Shown: piece by piece, positions 9,115 through 17,845 of the stretch
How the letters are laid out: the number at the start of each line of letters is the position of its first letter
Numbering within the stretch: the stretch's first letter is position 1
DNA from: Octopus sinensis
Taxonomy: Eukaryota
NCBI RefSeq assembly: GCF_006345805.1
Contig: NW_021824719.1
Coordinates: 1-17,845, forward strand
DNA: 17,845 nucleotides
Direction of reading: 5' to 3'
Position numbers and translations under genes: made by a program
The notes under the pieces: model-generated
Seen by the model: the letters and a program-made list of their open reading frames with translations, nothing else
Told to the model about the DNA's origin: nothing
The model's database searches: none

Positions 9115-10163
9115 ATGTTTTATACAATTTAAGGACACTCTTGTTCGGAGGGGTATCATCCAAACAGATTGGTGTTATGTTATGAGACACTTGAGATATT
9201 TTCCCGCGTTCATCCAACGTTATTGACGTCACATTTGATGAAACTTCTGCCTTATTTGAGCAGTGCTGGATCGGTTACTCAGTTGTTGATTATTGTTCAG
9301 GCAGATAGTGGGATATAGAGAGCACATTAGAAATAGTACAGAACACGATAGGCCTTATTGACCACCCAGGTGATGCAATGATAGCACATTTGGAAGAACA
9401 GATCATACGAATACTACTACTCCAAGGAATCAACGTATTCTTGTAGTTCACATCTTAGGTCATTAGCAGTTCAGTCAAATGTCTAAGTATAATTGTCCGC
9501 ATTTCTAATAATAAAAAACTTGTTCAAGATTTCTTCAATCGATTTTTCAGTATTTTTATTAGCACTAATTAAGATATTCTTCGAATTAAGAAGGAAGAGA
9601 TCGAACGGAGTAGAACTATTGAGTCTAGTATAAAGTCTCACGTCAAGAGATCCCTTTATATCGTCGCCCTTCTCTGTCGGTTTTTTGACATTGAGAACGA
9701 GATTTTCAATTTTCAGAATGTTTGGATGTTTTTTGACATTCATAGGAACAGATTATACCCAAAATATTTGAAATGTGTTACTACTTTTGTGTATTTGAAG
9801 ACTCAGATCTGCGGTTTGAATCTTTAATGGCTCTTGGTTAGTCACTGTGTTGTATCGATAGGTAATTTGTTGGTACGTGGTCATCAATTTATGATTCAAG
9901 ATGAAATAAAAGTCCTTTATTTTGGAATATTGGAAGAGTGTGCCAACAATGTGCAGCTATGCATACAAGTTTTAACTAATCTGGAAATATTTATTGTCCA
10001 TCATTCCAAAACTGAGAACACAAACCGTTTGTGACTTCTCTGATATTATAGCACAAAGTTGCTATGCTTTTGTACAAGACATTCGAGAACATTCCGCCAA
10101 TACAACAACAGGGTTGCCATTTTCAATGAATTTTAGACTGGACAGTGCAATAACCCAAATATT

Positions 10164-10216
10164 TATGAGTCATAAATTATGACTCATATCCTGTCTTGTT
10201 CATAAATTATGACTCA
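10164..10216. repeat. 17-bp direct repeat overlapping a 25-bp palindrome
   Basis: tcataaattatgactca at 10170-10186 and 10200-10216; tatgagtcat-aaatt-atgactcata at 10164-10188. Confidence 0.85.
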
Positions 10217-10410
10217 GGACATTAGCATAAGGAATTGCTCTGTTAATCTCCTGAGCTAAATTACCCACTCTGGGTTAGTCCAACCTGTTGTTGTGATCTC
10301 ACACCTCATTGCACTCGCCTCTGACAGTGTTCTTGATATTAAATGTAAGGCAGTTGCCTTGCTTTCACATATCGAACGGAAAGAACCGGGATTTGTCCAC
10401 GTTGTATTCA

Positions 10411-12953
10411 ATCAACGAATTGTACCAGAATTCGATCAATATCGTCAAGCGACTTATCACAAACAGTCACAATTATTTGTCTAAATGGAAAAAATATCGG
10501 CCGATCTGGAAAGTGGACAAAGTAAAGCCTTTCAGCCCACCTAGGCAACAATCATTGAAAAATGGTTCAGCAAAGGCCCGTCCATCGTCGCTTTCGACGA
10601 CCAATTTCAGCTCTACATTAAAATCATCAAAGAAATAGAGAAAGCTAACGACATCCAAGACATTGAGTGTCTCCGAATAAACATGCAGCCTTTGGTTGGC
10701 TCTCTCAAAGAGCATGCAAACAAATGGACTGAATGTCTGGGAAATCATTTGCACGATTCGGTGAGAGACTCGTTATTCCACGTCCGAGATTATGTCAATG
10801 TTCACCTAACTGGATAATCAATAGAACAAATACAAACAACTGGCGGTTGAGCCCGAAACGTTGGAAGAGCTAAAATTTGTCTTGAAAGCAATTTCTGACA
10901 TCAAAAAAGATAGACTGGAGATTGAAGTAAAAATATACCAACTCCTCGAAGGCTATCGCTAAAAATCACAAAGTCAAATTAGACATTTGTCGATGTACGA
11001 ACTCCCCTATTCAGACGAGGAACGGGAGTTGGTGGAGACTATTAACGAGAAATGGCAGTCACTCGTGTACCAATCCAAAGTCAAAGACGTGGGCCTTACA
11101 CTTGTCGAGAGACGTTTTATTGAAGTATTCGCTCGCCATTAAAATTAGCTGACCAAAAATTCGATCATCGAGTTTTCCACCAAAGTAAAAGAATTCTCCG
11201 ATCGATACTTTGAATCCGGTCCCGGGCTGTGTGGAACTGTTTCCTGATTTTTGTCAATTTAGGGAAAGTTTGTTGGTCGATTTCAGTGGAGAACTCGAAA
11301 AACTGTTCACTGAACGCCAGGAAATTTTGAATGTTGAACACCTCTTTGATTTGGAAATTAGCAATCACCCCGAACTAAACAGAATTGAGAAAGACGTGGA
11401 AGGACTGAGGAAAATCTTTGCAATATATTTGGAACAGGGAATTTTCAGAACCTTTGACCTTTCACGTAGAAAGCGCGGGAAACCTGGGCAGAGATATTGT
11501 GGTCCAATTTAAATGTGCAGACTTTGAGCGAAAAAATCGACGAATTTTTGAAAGCGCTGAGAAAGCTAGCAAAAGAAATAAGAGGCTTCAAACTTTGGGG
11601 AATCGTCAAAAACAAAATAAAGCAATTCAAGGAATCGCTGCCCCTTTTTATTGATTTGAAGAACGAGGCCCTGAGAGAAAGGTACTCAGCCCCATAAACC
11701 CGCCAGGCACTGGAACAACTTGATGGAAAAGACTGGAAAGAGATTCGACATCAACCCAGACACGTTCACCCTCTCCAGCGTCTTTGAAATGAATTTGCAC
11801 GATTTCCAAGATGAAATCTCGAATATCGTGACATGTGCTATCAAGGAAATGGCGATCCTTTTCTTATTTCAGGGAATCAAAGAGATAGAGGACACGTGGA
11901 CGAACATGCGCTTCAGCATTTCAATGTACACCAAGGGCACTACCAATCGAGGGTAAATAATTGGGAGTGTCGAGGACATTCTGCAAATCATCGACGACAA
12001 CTCCCTCAATTTGCAGAGCATGGCTGCTTCTCGATTCGCAGCTCCCTTTGTCAACAGTGTGCGGCACTGGGAAAAGTCCTTGTCTCCGATCTCCGAAGTG
12101 ATCGACGTATTAGTCCCCAGTCAATTGAAGGTGTGGGTCAACGTCCAGCGCAAATGGATGTACTTGGAAGGAATTTTATTGCGGCGACATTCGAATGCAA
12201 CTTCCAGATGAAGCCAAAGTCTTTGACAGCCTTGAAAGACCTTCAAGTGGGTTGTTCCCGTCCTCCCACGGTAGATCATGCGGGAAACAGCCAAAAATAC
12301 GCGAATCAAATTTGCATGTCACGTCAAAGGTCGATTGAACGAAATGAACAGTCTGGCCGCAAGACTCGAAAAATGCCAGAAATTCCTGAATGACTACCTC
12401 GAGTCAAAACGAAACGTTTTCCTACGGTTTTTCTTTATTTCCGACGACGAACTGTTGAGCATTTTGGGAAGCAGTGATCCCGAATGTGTCCAGGAACACA
12501 TCATCAAAGTATGTGCTGTACACGACTCTAGATGTTCGATAACGTCAAGTCGTTAAAGTTCGACAAAGGAGGGAGTGGAGAGTTGTTGGTTTCCGCCATG
12601 ATTTCTGCGGAAAAGGAAATCATGGACTACAAGCAACCAATTTTGGCTGACGGGAAAGTGGAAGACTGGACGACGGACGTTCATAAGGAAATGCGGTCTT
12701 CCAACCGGCAGATCACAAAGGAGGCCATCTTCTATTATCGTTTCGAAGGGAAACCCAGGTTTGTCCAGTCCGGTGACGCCGCAGAATTTTGTGGATTAAA
12801 GACTACCAGGGCATGGTCTCTCTTGCCGCAATCCAGATTTGGTGGACCTGGGAAGTCGAAGATGTGTTTGAGAAAATCAGGAAAGGGAAGAAGACTCCGC
12901 TTAAGAAGTACCTGCAACTGCTTCATCATCAAATCAGCGACTTGGTGGTGCAG
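10411..12953 (+). pseudogene. DNAH10: Axonemal dynein heavy chain 10 fragment (tail/DHC_N2 linker region; no AAA ring)
   Basis: Spliced: YLSKWKKYRPIWKVDK..PETLEELKFVLKAI..LWSNLNVQ..LPLFIDLKNEALRERHW..VQRKWMYLEGIF..GDIRMQLPDEAK..LEKCQKFLNDYLESKRN..RFFFISDDELLSILGSSDPECVQEH..AMISAEKE..ITKEAIF..YQGMVSLAAIQIWWTWEVEDVF, close to recalled DNAH10. Nine canonical 23-26 nt introns. Lesions: TAA 11954-11956, CT donor 10959, lost donor near 11858, frameshifts near 11235, 12175-12183 and 12240. Confidence 0.92.
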
Positions 12954-12958
12954 GTATG

Positions 12959-13106
12959 ACACGTGAAGATCTGAGTATGGATCTTTACAATTACACAAAT
13001 CTTGTAGAAAATTTTATGACGCAAGCTTAGAGAGGGTAAGAAGGTTTAAGTCGACCTCAAACAAGATTTGTGTAATTGTAAAGATCCATACAAGATCTTC
13101 ACGTGT
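12959..13106. mobile_element. MITE-like element, 148 bp, ~46-bp terminal inverted repeats
   Basis: 12959-13005 acacgtgaagatctgagtatggatctttacaattacacaaatcttgt matches the reverse complement of 13061-13106 except for one small indel/mismatch. No clear TSD. Confidence 0.85.
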
Positions 13107-13321
13107 GTAATATCAATCGAGCTGAAAAACAAACTAAATTATTAATAGATTTATAAAAAAATAATAAAAGGTAACTTATATTATTTTTGGACGCTGAATT
13201 CAAAAATGTTATCAGATATGAGATCAGACCTTCAAACTTCGAGATCTAGAAATTGGTCCCTTATCTTTACGTAGAAATGTCTAACATAAAAATGAACTTG
13301 TTTTTTGAGTTCGCGAGAAAA

Positions 13322-13850
13322 TTTTAGCTAATACCAATGCATATTTCATCATTTCTCTTAATGCCTGCTTTGGCATTCCAGTCTCCTGTCAGAAATAAGA
13401 CTGTTGTCTTGTTTAATACGTTGCATAATTCTGAGAGGCTTGCGTAAAACTTGTCCAACTCATCAGAAGCAACCAACAGTCTCCCCGTATGGGGTGCGTA
13501 CACGTTGATGATGGATAAAGTATTACTTCCTTTCGATTTCAATTTGATTTGAAGAATCGCGATGCGGTCATTAACACTCCAGACTTTGAGTTCACTCTTT
13601 TCCAGCGAGGCTCGAACAGTGAATCCCAATCCGTAGTGTCGGCACTCAGAGGGGAGAAATATAAGGCGGTATTTTCCATAAGCTTCATCTGCCCTTCCGC
13701 GACCTTCGTCTCTTGAAGACAGCACACATCAACCCCGTAACGGTCTAGGTCGTCGCATAAGGTATTCCGTTTTGACTTCGCTGACAGTCCTCTAACATTA
13801 AAAGAAACAATAGTAAAAGGCCTCGATCGAATAGAACATGTTTGAGACAT
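13322..13850 (-). pseudogene. RTE-like LINE 5' fragment: AP-endonuclease domain
   Basis: FTIVSFNVRGL..DLDRYGVDVCCLQETK/..HYGLGF..VNDRIAILQI..IINVYAPH..FYASL..LTGDWNAKAG..CIG. One frameshift near 13690; truncated after the GDWNA motif. Confidence 0.88.
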
Positions 13851-14123
13851 ATCAAAGAGAGGTACGTCACCACCTCAACCAATCTTAATGGCCGCATGGC
13901 CATATGGATAGTAATCCATAAACTGAAAGTTCAAATCACAGCAAAAGGCGTATAAATGCGAATCTTGAATACTATCTAGTAAAAAGATTATATTTTGAGA
14001 ACCAAGTCTAATTATGTTGAATTTAACTTTATTTATTTAGTTACAAAAAATTATTTTGATTTATTTTAAAAAGCATGTCATCTAATTCGTCGTCACGTAG
14101 GTTTAAGCGCAAAATTTACATAC

Positions 14124-14781
14124 ATGGGTGTGAATTTTCTGGTTAGTTTTAAGCAAATCACATCTGCAGGAAAATATTTGTTTATTAACTGTTTTTTCAA
14201 TAATAGAAACAGGAAATTGACTTCAGCCATAGTATGTAATAATGAAAATAATGTGGTAGAACAAAGATTGTTCTTGACGGTAAAGGGGGAAGATGTTGAA
14301 ATTAATTTTTTTGAATGTCCTAAATTGGTAATTTTTTTTAATATTTTGTAATATACAAGAGTGAAATTACAGGTACCTACTATAATATGAGATATAGCCT
14401 AACTGCCTTAGGATATATTATTTTATATAACGTGAATAATGAAAAGAGGTGAGATCAATGTTTTACCTTAAGTTTTTTGTCAGCCAAGCTAACTTTGGGT
14501 TATATTAAAAAATTTCCCCAATGTTTCATCCTTCGTCTAATTGGACTTGCCGTTATCCGGTAGTTCTCGCAGGCACTTATTTCGATCCAAATAAATCCAA
14601 TGAACTGATAGAACGTGCTGATAAGTTTGCAAATTATATGAATATTCCTCATATTCTTACATCTTCTGAAAATAACTTTGTTTATTTTATTTATTTATAT
14701 TTGTAGAACGTCGATTTGGCTTTCAGGACATTATTCTATGAAATAGAAAGTTATTATGGCTTATATGCTCCTGAATTCTAA
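14124..14781 (+). CDS. Highly divergent Ras-superfamily small GTPase-like gene (candidate pseudo-GTPase or pseudogene)
   Basis: Exons 14124-14327, 14360-14448, 14473-~14522, ~14545-14679, 14707-14781. Motif order SAGKYLFINCF, LTVKGEDVEINFFECP, LGYIILYNVNNEKSF, YPVVLAGTYFD, ADKFANYMNIPHILTSS, NVDLAFRTLFYEI follows the small-GTPase fold. One frame switch at ~14520-14563 is unresolved. Confidence 0.55.
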
Positions 14782-14976
14782 ATTACAAAAATTATATTTT
14801 TAAATTAATTAGAAAGGTGTCGATTAAAGGAACACAGATTGATGATAATTCAAGACAAAACCCTAGAAAAAATTTAATAATTTTAGCTAATATAGTTATA
14901 TTTTATTACAACTTAATTGGTAATATTTAAATTTAATTTGACTGATGTAACATGTTTCTAGTGCGAACATGTAATA

Positions 14977-16514
14977 CAGTGATTCTTAACGGGGGCGCTG
15001 GCGCCCCCCTGGGGGCGCTGGAACATATTAGGGGGGCGCTGGAATTTTAATTTTTTTTAATTATTAAAATATTTATTAGTTTTTGTAAATCATATCACGT
15101 GCTTTTCTATTAATTCTAAATTCAAATTGTCTTGTGGTACGTAAAAAAATTATTCACTGATAATATTTATAAATATTGTGTAATTGTATTTAATATTTTA
15201 GAACTTTTTAATAAATATTTTAATTTATTTTATAGATGTCTGATAAAAAAGTAAAACGACGTATATATTCGGATGAATACCTAAAGTTTGGAGTGATACC
15301 CTACGACCATAACATTCACTTCCAATGTGTCTTATGTGTAAAAAGGTCTTTACAAATGAAGGAATGAAGCCTTCAAGAATGCTAAATCATCTTAGATTTG
15401 TCATCCTGAAAACTTGATGCGGATATCAATTATTTTCTAATTGAAATATAATTATGAAAATCGTCTTATGATTAATCAACTATTTACAAAAAATTCGAAG
15501 ATGCTTGAAAAGGCCTATTAGCATCATCAATCTTAGAATTTTGTCAGTTACATGAGCAGAGAATTTTTAGGAATTATTCCTTAATCATTTTGTAGTTGAT
15601 TTTTTGAAAGCTGATATAGCTTATCTAGCTGATATTTTTTATAAAATCAACCAAGTAAATATAGCTTGCAAGGAACAATATCAATTTAATAAATGTAAAA
15701 GAAAGGAATTATTATGCCTTTTATTGAAAAATACAACTTTATGAAAACAATATTAAGAAAAAGATTTATTAATTTTCCAAATCTACAAAATTTGGGGTTA
15801 TTTTTTGTAATAATATTTATTAGGTCGAAAAATTAACGGATTCTGACTGTGAATGCTTTTGCTTGCATCTAAAAATGTTAAAAGATGACATGAAAATCCG
15901 CTTTGAAGATTTAGAAAATTTAAAATTTTTTGATTGGTATATAAATCCATTTGAAACTGAAAACGTTAATTTATCTCAAGAAATAACAGAAAATTTATTA
16001 AATCTGAAATATGACTTTGAAGCTAAAGTCATTTTCAACAAATATGGATATCAACAATTCTGGGTTACTCATAGAAAAAATATCCTTTATTGTGGAATGA
16101 AATTGAAACACTTATAATAGCATTTCCTTCAACATATCTAGTTGAAAGAGGATTAGTGCAGTCTCTAATATTTTGACCAAAAAAAGAATAAATTACAAAT
16201 TGTGAATAGAGGAGATTTGAGACTAAGTCTGTCGACTATTGAAGCTGACATAAAACGATTGACAAATTCCCATCAAGCACAAGGCAGTCACTAAAATTTT
16301 TTTATATAAAAAAGTTTGGTTTGTGAATACCCCTTTTAATTCTAAAAAAATAATAAGTAATATTCGAAAATATTAAAATGAAACAATTGGCGAAAAAATT
16401 GCCAAATAAATCTATAATGAAAAAAATAATTAAATAATAGGGGGGCGCTGAAATTTTGAAGCTTCGAAATTGTGTCAAAGGGGGCGCTGACTTAAAAAAG
16501 GTTAAGAACCACTG
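14977..16514 (+). mobile_element. Non-autonomous hAT DNA transposon (Buster/Charlie type), 1538 bp
   Basis: TIRs cagtgattcttaac (14977) and gttaagaaccactg (ends 16514); exact 8-bp TSD atgtaata at 14969-14976 and 16515-16522; subterminal GGGGGCGCTG motifs at both ends. Confidence 0.95.
15236..16294 (+). pseudogene. Internally deleted ZBED5/Buster-like hAT transposase
   Basis: BED finger RRIYSDEYLKFG..PMCLMCKKVFTNEGMKPSRMLNHL; later IAYLADIF, RFEDL..WYINPF, AFPSTYLVERG, GDLRL..HQAQGSH*. The catalytic core appears deleted at ~15535; many stops and frameshifts. Confidence 0.85.
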
Positions 16515-17000
16515 ATGTAATAAAACATATTAATTCTAAACAAATCAAAAATACATAGTTAGCAATTAAAAAATATATATAAATGTTAATCTGACGCTCT
16601 AAATCATTTCTGTATTCAGAAATCTCATCAGATCTTCCTAGAGAGAGTTATGAATTCTGTCCCAGATTTCTTTAGGAAGGTCTGAGGAGAAAACCGAGGT
16701 GATTTCCGAGCTCAGGAGCAAATTTTAGTTAATTAGTTATAAATTATTATGTTTTAAAGCGATTAAATTTGGTGGGTGTTTATTTTTCTAGTGGGGCACC
16801 ACGTGCGATGGCAATCAGGGTCAACTTCGGATCTATTGAGTCCCTAATGTAATATATCAAACCGCAAGTATCTTACTCAATTTGATCAAATACGTCAACA
16901 AAATTTTTCTAGTGGCAAGAAACATAATGAATCACTTCTAAAATAATAGCGTTCTTATTTAAATCTAAAAGTGCGTTTTTATTTTCACCAAATATAAACT

Positions 17001-17845
17001 CGAGATCTCCACTTGTGTGCAACCAATCGACCTGATTTTTTCCAGGACAACTGCCTCCCTTGATGGTATACTATATTCACTTGTTCAACCTCCTCTAAAC
17101 CTTTTTACTATCTCATACTAAGGAACTATGTACGATCTAACTTAAGATGTCAGACTTACAATGTAAATAAGAAAATAAATAAATTAATAAATTAAAAATA
17201 TTGTTATATATCAATTTTGATGTTTTATTAACGTTTTTGCATGCTAAACTGGAGTCAGACGTTCCTAGACCTTAGTTTCTTTATAGGCCACTACAATGTA
17301 TGCTAATGGCCTATCCATAAGGACCCTTCTAGAAGAGGCCTGGAATTATGCAGTTTATTGATAAAATCTCTAGAATACATTAACAAATGCCCTAAAATAT
17401 TAAAAATCAGTCAATTAACAAATTTGAAAAGCTGAACTGTCTGAACTTTAGATATTTCTAACTAAAAATGAGTCTTTATTTCCCGACAAAACACCCCCCG
17501 AGATCTCCACTTGTGTGCAACCAATCGACTTGATTTTTCCAGGACAACTGCCTCCATTGATCGTCTATTATATTAATATGTTCAACCTCCTCTAAACCTT
17601 TTTACTATTTCATACTAAGGAACTATGTACGATCTAACTTAAGATGTCAGACTTACAATGAAATAAGAAAATAAATAAATAATAAATTAAAAATATTTTA
17701 TATATCAATTTTAATGTTTTATTAACGTTTTTGCATGCAAAACGGAGTCAGACGTTCCTAGACCTTAGTTTCTTTATAGGCTACTACAATGAATGATAAT
17801 GGCCTATACATAAAAACCCTTCTAAAAGAGGCCTGGAATTATGCA
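17001..17845. repeat. 498-bp tandem duplication (second copy runs off the window end)
   Basis: cgagatctccacttgtgtgcaaccaatcgac.. starts at 17001 and 17499; the copies align with scattered substitutions and small indels to the end of the window. Confidence 0.95.

Larger units (their letters stand above)
6335..10403 (+). pseudogene. NIPBL: NIPBL/Scc2 (cohesin loader) HEAT-region fragment, interrupted by two insertions
   Basis: Spliced pieces match recalled NIPBL: YKVVLENFLLDLIIAGRKPEWPGADLMLSILLKLL-VKQFSNKS..RLQALDY (6650-6960); PFVPNFD..ILQCLSEPIANLRTKA (7350-7471); LKAALQIVD..LDESIA; RLVLCYETLEIFSRVHP; LIDHPGDAMIAHLEEQI; RSLYIVALLCRFFD; IQVLTNLE; GLVQPVVVISHLIALASD..GFVHV. Ten 23-26 nt introns. 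Lesions: acceptor AG>AT at 6880-6881, TAA 7020-7022, 10203-10205, 10257-10259. Segment 6335-6650 is only weakly supported. Confidence 0.88.

Noticed and set aside
9483-9743. 86-aa minus-strand ORF
   Set aside because: Antisense to spliced NIPBL exons.
10473-12998. Minus-strand and off-frame ORFs across the dynein region
   Set aside because: Explained as shadows of the DNAH10 exons.
14941-14970. actgatgtaa identical to the hAT right junction (16511-16520), plus a small catgtt/aacatg hairpin
   Set aside because: A 10-bp AT-rich match can arise by chance; no further TIR sequence supports a second element or footprint.
16620-16720. Minus-strand LLSSEITSVFSSDLPKEIWDRI resembling copia gag
   Set aside because: Too short, with no LTR, PBS or other gag/pol motifs nearby.
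17001-17845. 498-bp direct repeats as LTRs
   Set aside because: The copies are directly adjacent with no internal region, no TG..CA ends and no PBS/PPT.

Overview
Eukaryotic, AT-rich, transposon-dense DNA in the standard genetic code. The host has ultra-short spliceosomal introns: about 30 GT-AG introns can be placed by restoring protein similarity, nearly all 23-27 nt. Together with animal-type genes and an axonemal dynein, this best fits a dicyemid-like animal (inference only). The one clearly intact large ORF is a full-length CRE-clade non-LTR retrotransposon (minus strand, 994 aa from ATG 4105) with PHD finger, RT (YLDD), CCHC finger, PD-(D/E)xK endonuclease and a 19-nt poly(A). It appears to be nested in an older RTE-type LINE. 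The middle ~8 kb is a patchwork of intron-retaining, disabled fragments of three unrelated conserved genes (CLC-3/4/5 exchanger, NIPBL/Scc2, DNAH10), joined to each other and to TE pieces at sharp junctions. The NIPBL-DNAH10 junction falls in a 25-nt GT-AG segment whose splicing would fuse the two in frame. Also present: two more degenerate CRE pieces, an intron-containing Ginger/GIN-like integrase remnant, a 5'-truncated LINE with a 14-bp TSD inside a 24-nt intron, a 148-bp MITE, an RTE endonuclease fragment, a very divergent Ras-superfamily-like gene, an internally deleted hAT (Buster/Charlie-type) element with an 8-bp TSD, and a 498-bp tandem duplication. Family assignments come from recalled motif similarity, not database searches.
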